DNA of 64,000 nucleotides from assembly GCF_009914755.1 (NCBI RefSeq), contig NC_060935.1. One strand, 5' to 3'. The position numbers and the translations under genes are program-made. Positions 49,047-61,700 of the stretch are shown in pieces. Positions within the stretch are counted from its first letter, which is position 1; every line of letters begins with the position of its first letter. The DNA is from the human T2T-CHM13v2.0 reference genome, Homo sapiens. Under the pieces are notes generated by a model. It did not search any database. It was not told the DNA's origin and saw nothing but the letters and a program-made list of their open reading frames with translations.

Positions 49047-52000
49047 AAACTGCTTTGTGATGTGTGCATTCATCTCATAGAATTAAACCTTTCTTTGGAT
49101 TCAGCAGTTTGGAATCACTGTTTTTGTAGAATCTGCGAAGGAATATTTGGGAGCTCATTGAGGTCAAAGGCAAAAAAGCAAACATCCCAGGATAAGAAAT
49201 GGAAGGTAGCTATCTGACAATCTGTTTTCTCATGTTTCCATTCAACTCGCAGTTCTAAACTTTCTTTTCATTCAGCAGTTTGGAAACACTTTTTGTAGAA
49301 TCTGTGAGGGGGTATTTGGGAAAGCATTAAGGCCAAAGGTGAAAAAGCAAATATCCCAGGATAAAAACTAGAAAGAAGCTATCAGAGAAACCACTTTGGG
49401 ATAAGTGAATTCATCTCACGGAATTAAGCCTTTCTTTATTCAGCAGTTTGGAAACACTGTTTTAATATAATATGTGAAGGGATATTTGGAAGTGCAGTGA
49501 GGCCTATAGTGTAAAAGGAAATGTCTTCAAATAAAAACTAGAAAGAATCTTTCTCAGAAATTGTTTTGTGATGTGTGCATTCATCTCACAGAGTTAATCT
49601 TTTCTTTGGTTTTAGCAGTTTGGAAACACTGCTTTTGTCCATTCTGCAAATGGACGTTTGGGAACTCCTTGAGGCCTGTGGTGAAAAAATGCATATCTTA
49701 GGATAAAAACTAGAAGGAGGCTATCTGAGAAACTGCTTTGTGATGTGTGCTTTCAACTCGCAGAGTTAAACATTTCTTTTCTTTAAGCAGTTTGGAAACA
49801 CTTTTTTTGTATAATCTGTGAAGCGATATTTGGGAGTGCAATAGGGCAATGGTAAAAAAGGAAATATTGTCAGATAAGAACTGGAAAGAAGCTTTCTGAA
49901 AAACTGTTTTGTGATGTGTATATTTCTCTCCCAAATTTAAACCATTCTTTTTATTCAGCATTTTGGAAATACTGTTTTTTGTCCATTCTGCAAATGCTTA
50001 TTTGGGAGCTCATTGAGGCCAATCCAAAAAAACGAATATCCCAGGATAAAAACTATAAGAAAGCTATCTCTGCAAATGCTTTGTGATGTGTGCATTCATC
50101 TCACAGGTAAACCTTTCTTTTCATTCATTGGTTTGGCAATACTGTTTTTGTAGCATCTGTGAAAGGATATATGGGAGCGCATTGAGGCCTATGGTGAAAA
50201 CGGAAATGTCTTCAGAAAAAATCTAGAAATAATCTTTCTGATAAACTGCTTTGCAATGTGTGCATTTATCTCACTGAGTAAAACTTTTATTTGGATTCAG
50301 CAGTGTGGGAACAATGTGTTTGTAGAATCTGCGAAGGGATATTAGATAGCTCATTGAGGCCAATGGCGACAAAGCGAATATCCCAGGATAAAAACTGTAA
50401 GGAATCTATCTGAGAGAACGCTTTGTGATGTGTGCATTCACCGTGCATACTTACACCTTTATTTTCACTCAGCAGTTTGGAAACACTGTTCGATAGAATC
50501 TGTGAAGGGATAGTTTGGAGCACATTGAGGCTTATGGTGTAAAAGTAAATATCTTCAGATAAAAACTAGAAAGAAGCTTTCTGAGAAACTGCTTTGTGAT
50601 GTGTGCATTCATCTCACAGAGTTAAACATTCCTGTAGATTCAGCAGTTTGGAAACACTGTTTATGTCCATTCTGCGAATGGACATCTGGGAGCGCATTGA
50701 GGCCAAAGGCAAAAAAGTGAAAATCCCAGGATAAAAACTAGAAGGAAGCTATCTGAGAAACCACTTTCTGATGTGTGCATTCATCACACAGTGTTAAACC
50801 TCTTTTTAATTCATCAGTTTGGCAACATTGGTTTTGTAGAATCTGTGAAAGTATATTTGGGAGTGCATTGTGGCCCATGGTGAAAATGGAAATCTCTTCA
50901 GATAAAATCCAGAAAGAAGCTTTCTGTGAGACTCCTTTGTGATATGTACATTCATCTCACAGAGTTAAACCATTCTTTGGATTCAGCATTTTGGAAACAC
51001 TGTGTTTGTAGAATCTGTGAAGGGATATTTGAAAGTTCATGGAGGCCCCAGGCAAAAAAGGGAATATCTCAGGAAAGAAACTAGAAGGAAGTTATCTGAG
51101 AAACTGCTGTGATGTGTGCATTCATGTCGGAGAGTTAAACCTTTCTTTTCATTCAACTGATTGGAAACACTGTTTTGTAGAATCTGTGAAGGGATACTTG
51201 GGAACTCATTTAGCTCTGTGAGATAAATGCATATAGAGAAATATATTCAGTTAAAATTACAAAGAAGCTTCCTGAGGAACTGCTTTGTGATGTGTGCATT
51301 CATCTCATGGTGTTAATCATGTCTTCAGATTCAGTAGGTTGGAAACACTGTTATTGTCCATTCTGTGAATAGACATTTGGGAATTCCTTGAAGCCTATGG
51401 TAAAAAAACGAATATCCTAGGATAAAACCTAGAGGGAAACTATCTGAGAAACCACTGTGTGATGTGTGCATTCATCTCACACAGTTAAACCTTTCTTTTC
51501 ATTCAGCAGTTTAGAACCACTGTTTTGGTAGAATGTGTGAAGGCATATTTGGGAGCACATTGAGGCTTATGGTGCAAAAGGAAATAACTTCAGATGAAAA
51601 CTAGAAAGAAGGTTTCCTAGAAACTGCGTTGAGATGTGTGCATTCATCTCACAGAGATAAAGCTTTTGCTTGATTCAGCAGTTTGGAAACACTGTTTTTC
51701 TAGAATATGTGAAGGGATATTTGACAGCTCATTGAGGCCATAGGCAAAAAAGTGAATATCCCAGGATAAAAACTAGAAGGAAGCTATCTGAGAAACAGCT
51801 TTGTGATGTGTGCATTCATCTCACAGAGTCAAATCTTCCTCTTGATTCAGCATTTGGAAACATTGGTTTGGTAGAATCTGCAAAGGGATATTTGGGAGTG
51901 AATTGACACCTGTGGTGAAAAAGGAAATGACTTCTGATAAAAACTACAGAGAAGCATTTGGGAAACTGCTTTGTGACGGTGCATTCGTCTTTGAGAGTTA

Positions 52001-52977
52001 AAACTTTTTTTGTTTTCAGCAGTTGGGACACACTGTTTTTGTAGAATCTGTGAAGGGATACTGGGGAGTTGATTGAGGCCAAGGGTGAAAAAGCAAATAT
52101 CCCCGGACAAAAACTTGATGAAAACTGTCAGAGAAACTGCTTTGGGATGTGTGCATTCATCTCAAAGAGTTACACATTTGTTGTTTTTCAGCACATCAGA
52201 AACACAGTTTTGGTAGAATCTGCAAAGGGATATTTGGGAGCACTTTGAGGTCTATGTTGAAAAAGGAAACATCTTCAGATAAAAACTAGGAAGAAGCTTT
52301 TGAAAAACTGCTTTGTGATGTCTGCATTCATCTCACAGAGGTAAAACTCTCTTTGGATTCAGCAGTTTGGAAACACTGCTGTTGTCCTTTTGTGAATGAA
52401 CATTTTGGAGCTCATTGAGTCAAATGACAAAAAAGCAAATAGCCCATGATAAAAACTGGTAGAAAGCTATTTAAGAAACTACTTTGTGATGTGTGCATTC
52501 ATCTCATAGAGATAATAATTTCTTTTCATTTGTCAGTTTGGAGACTTTTTTTGTAGAATCTCAAGTGGATATTTGGGAGCACATTGACTTCTATGGTAGT
52601 AAAGGAAATATATTCAGATAAAAGCTAGAAAGAAGCTTTCAGAGAAACTGCTTTGTGATTTGTGCATTCATCTCCCAGAGCTAAACATTTCTTTGGATTC
52701 AGCATTTTGAAAACACTGTTTTTATCCATTCTTTGAATGGACAATTTGGAGCTCATTGAGGCCAATGATGAAGAAGCAAATATCCCAGGATAAAAACTAA
52801 AAGGAAGATATATGAGAAACTGCTTTGTGATAACTGCATTCATCTTGCAGAGTTAAAGTTTTCTTTTCATTCGGCAGTTTGGAAACACTGTTTTTATGAA
52901 ATCTGCAAAGGGATATTTGAGAGCTCTTTGAGGCCTATTATGAAAAAGGAAATATCTTCAGATAAAAACTAAAAAGA
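49047..52977 (+). repeat. Diverged alpha satellite, block 3c (forward)
   Basis: ~171-bp monomers. Confidence 0.97.
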
Positions 52978-53608
52978 AAGTCAGTGTGGCGATTCCTCAG
53001 GGATCTAGAACTGGAAATACCATTTGACCCAGCCATCCCATTATTGGGTATATACCCAAAGGATGATAAATCTTGCTGCTATAAAGACACATGCACATGT
53101 ATGTTTATAGTGGCACTATTCACAATAGCAAAGACTTGGAACCAACCCGAATGTCCAACAATGATAGACTGGATTAACAAAACGATAGACTGGCACATAC
53201 ACAGCATGGAATACTATGCAGACATAAAAAATGATGAGTTCATGTCCTTTGCAGGGACATGGATGAAGCTGGAAACCACCATTCTCAGCAAACTATTGCA
53301 AGGACAAAAAAATCAAACACTGCGTGTTCTCACTCATAGGTGGGAATGGAACAATGAGAACACGTGGACACAGGAAGGTGAACATCACACACCAGTTACC
53401 GTTGTGGGATTGGGGGAGGGGGGAGGGATAGCATTAGGAGATATACCAAATGCTAAATGACTAGTTAATGGGTGCAGCACACCAACATGGCACATGTATA
53501 CATATGTAACAAACCTGTATGTGGTGCACATGTACACTAAAACTTAAAGTATAATAATAATAAAATTTAAAAAATAAATAAATAAATAAATAATAAAAAA
53601 TAAAAGAA
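52978..53608 (+). mobile_element. L1PA-type LINE-1 3' end, 5'-truncated (~630 bp)
   Basis: 14-bp TSD aaaaactaaaaaga (52964-52977 / 53609-53622); ORF2 C-terminus WRFLRDLELEIPFDPAIPLLGIYPK; 3'UTR; tail with (aaat)n. Confidence 0.95.
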
Positions 53609-55439
53609 AAAAACTAAAAAGATTTCTGACAAACTGCTTTGTGATGTGCTCATTCATCTAACAGAATTAAACCCTGTTTTTTGATTCAGCAGTTTGGAAA
53701 AACTTTTTCTCCTCCTGCTAATGGACATTTTGGAACTTATTGATTCCAACGGCAAAAGAGCTGTCTGAGAAAATGCTTTGTGTAGCATTTGTAACTCTCA
53801 CAGAGTTCAAACTTACTTTTCATTCAGCAGTTTCGAAACATTGTTTAGTAGAAACTGCAAAGGGACATTCGGGAACACCTTGAGGCCTATGGTGAAAAAG
53901 GAAATAACTTCAGATAATAACTAGAAAGAAGCTTCCTGAGAAACTGCTTTGTGATGTGTGCATTCATCTGACAGAGTTAAACATTTCTTTAGATTCAGCA
54001 GTTTGGATGCACTGTTTTTGTCCATTCAGCAAATGGACATTTGGGACCACATTGAGGCCAAAAGTGAAAAAGTGACTATCCCATGATAAAAACTAGAAGA
54101 AAGCTATCTCAGAAACCGATTTGTGATGAGTGCATTCATCTCACCGAGATAAACCTATCTTTTCTTTCAGCAGTTTGGAAAAACTGTTAGATAGAATCTG
54201 TGAAGGGATATTTGGGAGTACATTGAGGCCTATGGTGAATAAGGAAATAGGTTCAGATAAAAAGTATAAAGAAGCTTTCTGAGAACTTTCTTCATGATGT
54301 GTATTGAGGCCAATGGTGAAAAAGTAATTATCTTCAGAAAAAACATAGTAAGAAGCTTTCTGAGAACTGTTTTGTAATGTGTGCATTAATCTCAGAGAGA
54401 TAAACGTTTCTGTGGAATCAGCAGTTTGCATATACTGTTTTTGCACATTCTACAAATGGACTTTTGGGTACTCGTTGGGGCCAATGTTGAAAAAGTGAAT
54501 ATGCCAGGATAAAAACTAGGAGGAATTGTCTGATAAACCACTTTGTGATGTATGCATTCATCTAGCAGAGGTAAACCTCTTTTTTCATTTAGCAATTTGG
54601 AAACACTGTTTTTGTAGAATATTGAAGGGATACTTGGCAGTGCTTTAAGGCCCATGGTGAAAAAGGAAGTATCATCAGATAAAAACTAGAAAGAAGCTTT
54701 CTGAGCAACTGGTTTGGGATTTGTGCATTCATCTCAGAGAGTAAACCTTTCTTTGGATTTAACAGCTTGGAAACACTGTTTTTGTCCATTCTGTGAACGG
54801 ACATTTGGGAGCTCATTTAGGCCAATTGTGAAAAAGTGAATATTCCAGGATTAAAACTAGAAGGAACCTACCTGAGAAACGGCTTTGTGATGTGTGCATT
54901 CAGCTTGCAGAGGTAAACCTTTCTTTTCATTCAGCAGTTTGGAAACACCGTATTTGTAGAATCTGTGAATGGATATTTGGCATCACTTTGAGGCCTATGA
55001 TGAAATAGAAAATATCATTAGCTATAAACTATAAAGAAGTGTTCTGAGAAATTGCTTTGTGATGTGCTCATTCATCTCACAGAGTTAAACCTTTCCTTAG
55101 ATTCAGCATTTTGGAAATCCTGTTTTTGTACATTCTGCGAATGGACTTTTGGGAACTCACGGATGCCAATGTCGCAAAAGTGAGTATCCCAGGATAAAAA
55201 CTGGAAGGAAGTTATCTGAGAAACGGATTTCTGATGTGTGCATTCAACTCACAGTGTTAAAACTTTGTTTTCATTTAGCAATTTGGAAACACTCTTTTCT
55301 CAAAGTCTGGGAAGAGACATTTCAAAGACTGTGGAGGCCTATGGTGAAAATGGAAATATCTTTAGATAAAAACTAGAAAGAAACATAATGAGAAACTGGC
55401 TTGGGATGTATGCATTCATCCCAGGGATTTAAACTTTTC
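53609..55439 (+). repeat. Diverged alpha satellite, block 3d (forward)
   Basis: ~171-bp monomers with partial deletions. Confidence 0.95.
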
Positions 55440-55761
55440 TTTTTTTTCTTTATTGTATTTTAAGTTTTGGGGTCCATGTGCACAACGCGCAGGTTAGTTG
55501 CAACTGTATAACTGTGCCATGTTGGTGTGCTGCACCCATTAACTCGTCATTTAACATTAGGTATATCTCCTAATGCTATCCCTCCCCCATCCCCCCACCA
55601 CACAACAGGCCCCGGTGAGTGATGTTCCCCTTCCTGTGTCCATGTGTTCTCATTGTTCCATTCCCACCTATGAGTGAGAACATGCGGTGTTTGTTTTTTT
55701 CTCCTTGTGATAGTTTGCTGAGAATGATGGTTTCCAGATTCATCCATGTCCCTACAAAGGA
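55440..55761 (-). mobile_element. L1PA-type LINE-1 3'UTR fragment (~320 bp), antisense, no TSD
   Basis: Poly-T then tattgtattttaagtttt...gcacccattaactcgtcattt...ttcccacctatgagtgagaacatgcgg...catccatgtccctacaaagga. Confidence 0.93.
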
Positions 55762-58710
55762 TGAAAACTAGAAAGAAGCTATCTGAGACACCGGTTTCTG
55801 ATGTGTGCATTCATCTCAGAGAGTTAAACTTTTTTTTTTTTTTTCTATTCAGCAGTTTGGAAACACTGTTTTTGTAGAATCTGTGAAGGGATATTCTGTA
55901 GCTAATTGAGGCCAAAGGCAAAAAAAGCTAATATCCAATGATTATAAACTAGAGGGAAGCTATCTGAGAAACTACTTTGTGATGTGTGCATTCTACTCAC
56001 AGAGTTAAAACTTTCTCTTCATTCAGTGGTTTGGAAACACTCTTTTTGTAGAATCTGCAAAGGGTTATTTGGGAGTGCATTGAGGCCTATGGTGAAAAAG
56101 GAAATATCTTCATTTGAAAACTAGAAAGAAACTTTCTGAGACGCTGCTTTATGATGTATGCATTCATCTCACAGAGTTAAACCATTCTTTGGATTCAGCA
56201 GTTTGGAAACACTGCTGTTGTAAATCAGCGAAGGGATATTTGGGAGCTCATTGATGACAAATGCAAAAAGCGAATATCCCCGGATGAAAATTAGAAGAAA
56301 GCTAATTGAGAAACTGCTTTTTGAAGTTTGCATTCACCTTGCAGTGTTAAAGCTTCCTTTTTATTGAGCGGTTTGGAAACAATTGTTTTGTAGAATCTGC
56401 GAAGGGATATTTGGCAGCCCGTTGAGGCCTATGGTGAAAAAGGAAATATCCTCAGATAAAAACTATAAAGAAGCTTTCTGCAAAACTGTTATGTGATATG
56501 TGCATTCATCTCACAGCGTTAAACTTCTCATTGCATTGAGCAGTTTGGAAACAATGTTTTGTCCATTCCATGAATGGACATTTGGGAGCTCATTGAGGCC
56601 AATGGTGAAAAAGTGAATATCCAAGAATAAAAACTAGAAGGAACCTATCTGAGAAACCACTTTGTGATGTGTGCATTCCTCTTGCAGAGTTCAAACTTTC
56701 TTTTCATTCCAAAATTTGGAAATGCTCTTTTGGCAGAATCTGCAAAAGCATATTTGGGAGGGCATTGAGTCCTATGGATAAAAATTAAATAACTTCAGAT
56801 GAAAATTAGAAAGAAGCTTTATGAGAAACTGCTTTGTGATGGGTGCATCCATCCCACAGAGGTAAACCTTTCTTTGGATTCAGCTGTTTGGAAACTGTTT
56901 TCATGCATTCTGTGAATAGATATTTGGGAGCTAGTTGAGACCAATGGTGAAAATGTGAATATCCCAGGATAAAAACTAGAAGGAAGCTATCTGAGAAACA
57001 GCTTTGTGATATGTGCATTCATCTCACAGAATGAAAACTTTCTTTCCATTCAGCAGTTTGGAAATGCTGTTTTGGTATTATCTGCGAAGGCATATTTGGG
57101 AGTGCGTTGAGGCCTATGATGAAAAAGGAAATATCTTCAGATGAAAACTACAAAGAATCTTTCTGACAAACTGCTTTGTGGTGTGTGCATTCATGTCACA
57201 GAGATAAATCTTTTTTGTGTGTTCGGTTGTTTGGAAACATTGTTTTTGTAGAATCTGCAAAGGGATATTTGGGAGCCCTTTGAGGCCAAAGGTGCAAAAG
57301 GGATTATCCCTGGATAGAAACTAGAAGGATGCTATCTGAGAAACCGCTTTGCATTGTGTGTATTCATGTCACAGATTTAAACCTTTCTTTTCAGTCAGCA
57401 GTTAGGAAGCACTGTTTTTGTAGAATCTGTGAAGGGATATTTTGGATCGCATTGAGGCCAGTGGTGAAAATGTAAATATCTTCAGATAATAACTAGAAAG
57501 AAATTTTCTGAGAAACTGCTTTGTGATGCGTGCATTAGTCAAACAGAGTTAAAACTTTCTTTGGATTCAGCAGTTGGGAAACACTGTTTTTATACATTCT
57601 GTGAATGAACATTTTGGAGGTCATCTAGGCCAATGGCTAAAAAGGGAATATCCCAGGATAAAAACTAGAAGAAACATATGAGATAAACGGCTTTGTGATG
57701 TGTGCATTCACCTCACAGATTCAAACCTTTCTTTTCTTTCAGCAATTTGGAAACACTATTTTGGTAGAATCTGTGAAGGGATGTTTTGGAGTGCATTGAG
57801 GCCTAGGGACAAAAAGTTAATATCTCCAGATAAAAAGTAAAAAGAAGCTTTCTGAGAAACTTCTTTTTGATGTGTGCATTCATCTCACAGAGTTAAACAT
57901 TTCCTTGGATTCAGCAGTTTGGAATCAATGTTTTTCTCCCTTCTACGAATGTATATTTTGGAGCTCATTGAGATCAAAGGTGAAAAAGCAAATATCCAAG
58001 GATTAAAACTAGAAGAAAACTATCTGAGAAACCACTTTGTGATGAGTGCATTCATCTCACACAGAAAAACTTTTCTTTTCCTTCAGCCATTTGGAAAATC
58101 TGTTTTTTTTAGAATCTGTGAAGGGATATTGGGGAGCACATTGAGGCTTATAGAAAAATAGATAATATCTTCAGATAAAAACAAGAAAGAAGCTTTCTGA
58201 GAAACTGCTTTGTGATGTGTGCATTCATCTCAGAGAGGTAAACCTTCCTTTGGATTCAGCAGCTTGGAATCAATGTTTTTGTAGAATCTGCAAATGGATA
58301 TTAGATCATTGAGGTGTTAGGCAAAAATACGAATATCCCAGGATAAAAACTAGAAGGAAGCTATCTGAAAAACTGCTTTGTGATGTGTGCATTCATCTCG
58401 TGGAGTTAAAAGTTTCTTTTCATTCAACAGTTTGGAAACTCTTTTTTTGTAGAATATGCAAAGGGATATTTGGGAGCTCATGGAGGCCTAAGAGAAAAAT
58501 GTAATATCTTCAGATAAAAACTCAAAAGAAGCTTTCTGAGAGACTGCTTTGTCGTGTGTACATTCATGTCACAGATTTAAAACTTTCTTTGGATTCAGCA
58601 GTTTCTAAACACTGGTTTTGTCTATTCTGTGAGTGGACATTTGGGAACTGATTGAGGCCAATCACGAAAAAGCAAATATCCCAGGATAAAAACTAGAAAG
58701 AAGCTATCTG
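55762..58710 (+). repeat. Diverged alpha satellite, block 3e (forward)
   Basis: ~171-bp monomers ending at gaagctatctg. Confidence 0.97.
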
Positions 58711-61700
58711 TATGAAAAAGACGACTTTAATTCTTTGAGGTGAATGCATACATCCCAAAGCAGTTTCTCAGATACCTTCCTCCTTTTTTTAACCTGGGAT
58801 ATTCACTTTTTCACCTTTGGCCTCAATGATCTCCCAAATATCCCTTTGCAGTTTATTCCAAAACAGTGTTTACAAACTACTGAATCCAAAGAGAGGATTA
58901 ACTCTGTGAGAAGAATGCACACATCACAGAGGAATTTCTCAGACAAATTCTGTCTAATTTTTACCGTGAGATATTTGCTTTTTTGCCATTGGACTCAATG
59001 AGCTCCAAAATATCCCTTCTCATACTCTACCAAAACAGTGTTTTCAAACTGCTGAATCCAGAAAAGTGGTTAAGACTGTGAGATGAATGCACACATCACA
59101 AAGCAGTTTCTCATACAGCTTCCTTCTAGCTTTTATAGTGGGATATTCACTTTTTCCCCTTTGGCCTCAGTGAGCTCCGAAATATCCCTTCACAGATTAT
59201 ACAAAAACAGTGTTTCCAAAGTGCTAAATGAAAAGAACAGTTTAACTCTGTGAGGTGAATGCACACACCACAAAGCTTTTTCTCAGATAGTTTCCTTGTA
59301 GTTTTTATCCTGTGATATTCCTTTTTTTGACTATGGCCCCAATGAGCTATCAAATATCCCTTCATAGGTTCTCAAAAAACAGTGTTTCCAAATTGCTGAA
59401 TGAAAAGAAAGGTTTAATTCTGTGAGATGAATGCACAGATCTCAATGCAGATTCTCAGAAAGGTTCTTTCTAGTTCTTATCCGAAGGTATTTCCTTTTTC
59501 ACCATAGGCCTCAATGGGCTCCCAAATATCCTTTCGTGAATTATACCAAAACTGTGTTTACAAAATGCTGAATGAATAAAAAGTTTTTACTCTGAAAGAT
59601 GAATGCATACATCACAAAGTGGTTTTTCAGATATCTTTCTTATAGTTTTTATCCCGGATATTAACATTTTCCTTACTGGCCTCAAAGACCTCCCAAATGT
59701 CCATTCATAGAAAGACAAAAACAGTGTTTTCAAATTGCTCTATCCAAAGAAAAGTTTACCTCAGTGAGGTGAGTGCTTTCATCACAAACATTTCCTCAGA
59801 AAGCTTCTTTCTATTTGTTATCTGAAGATATTTTCTTTTTCACCATATGCTTTAAAGCCTTCCCAAATATCCCATAGCAGATATTACAAAAACAGTGTTT
59901 CCAAACTGCTGAATCCAAAAAAAGGTTTACTGTGAGAGATGAATGCACACATCACAAAGCAGTTTCTCAGAAAGCTTCTTTCTAGTTTTTATCTGAAGAT
60001 ATTTATTTTTTCACCGTAGGCCTCAATTCACTCCCAAATATCCCTTCACAGATTATACCAAAAGAGTGTTTCCAAACTGCTTAATGAAAAGAAAGTTTTA
60101 ACTCTGTTATATGAATGCACACATCACAAGCACTTTATCAGAAAGCTTCTTTCCAGTTTTTATCTGAAGACGTTTTGTTTTTCACTGCAGTCCTCAAAGC
60201 ACTCCCAAATATCCCATAGCAGATACTACAAAAACAGTGTTTCCAAACTGTTGAATGAAAAAGGTTTAACTCGTGATTTGAATGAACCATCGCAAAGTAG
60301 TTTATCAGATAAATTCCTTCTAATTTTCATCCTGGGATATTCACAGTTTCACAACTGGCCTCAATGACTTCCAAAATTTTCCATTTGCAGAGTGGAAAAA
60401 ACAGTGTTTCCACACTGCTGAATCCAATAATGGTTTAAATCTGTGAGATGAATGCTCACATCACAAAGCAGTTTTTCAGAAAGTTTCTTTCTAATTTTTA
60501 TTTTAAGATATTTCCTTTTTCACTGTAGGCCTCTATGAGCTCTGAAATATCCCTTTGCAGATTCTACAATAACAGTGTTTAAAACTGCTGAATGAAAAGA
60601 AAGGTTAGACTTTGTGAGATGAATGCACACATCACAGAGTGGTTTCTGAGATAACTTTCTTCTAGTTTTTATCTTGGATATTTGTTTTTTCACCTATGGC
60701 CTCAATGAGCTGTCTAATATCCCTTTGCAGATTCTACCAAAACAGCCTTCCCAAACTGATTAATCCTAAGAAGCATTTAACTCTGTGAGACAAATGCACA
60801 CGTCACAAAGCAGTTTCTGAGAAAACTTCTTTCCAGTTTTTATCTGAAGATATTTCCTTTTTCATCATAGGCCTCAATGCATCACCAATATCCCTTTGCA
60901 GAATCTACCAAAGCTGGTTTTCCAAAATTCTGAATGAAAATAAATTTTTATATCTGCAAGATGAATGCACACATCACAAAGCAGTTTCTCAGATAGCATC
61001 CTTCGGGTTTTTATCAAGGGATATTCCCTTTTTCACCTTTGGCCTCAATGAGCTCTCAAATATCCCTTCACAGATTCTGTAAAAACAGTGTTACAAAATT
61101 ACTGAATCCAAAGACAGTTTTAACTCTGTGAGATGAGTGCACACATCACAAAGCAGTTTCTCAGAAAGCTTTTTTTCTAGTTTTGATCTAATGATATTTC
61201 CTTTTTCACCATACCCCTTCAATGCACTCCCAAATGTCCCTTCATAGATTCTACCAAAACAGTGTTTCCAAACTGCTGATTGAAAAGGAAGGTTTACCTC
61301 TGCCAGATAAATTCGCACATCATAAAGCATTTTCTCAGATAGCTTGCTTCATATTTTTATCCTGGAATATATGCTTTTTTGCCATTGACCTCAATGAGGT
61401 CCCAAATATCCATTTGCAGAATGGACAGAAACAGTGTTTCTAAACTGCTGAAGTCAAAGCAAGCTTTAACTCAGTGAGATGAATGCACACATCACAAACA
61501 GGTTTCTCAGATAGCTTCCTTCTAGTTTTTATCCTGGGATATTCACAATTTCACAATTGGTGTCAATGAGCGCAAAATTGTCCTTTCACAAAATGGAAAA
61601 AAAATTGTGTTTCCAAACTGCCAAACCCAAAAAAAGGTTTAACTGTGAGATGAATGCACACATCACAAAGTAGTTTCTCAGTGAAATTCTTTCTACTTTT

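Noticed and set aside
52984-53460. 158-aa ORF as a novel gene
   Set aside because: It is the L1 ORF2 C-terminus reading through into the 3'UTR after a small internal duplication (gatagactgg), inside a 5'-truncated, promoterless L1.
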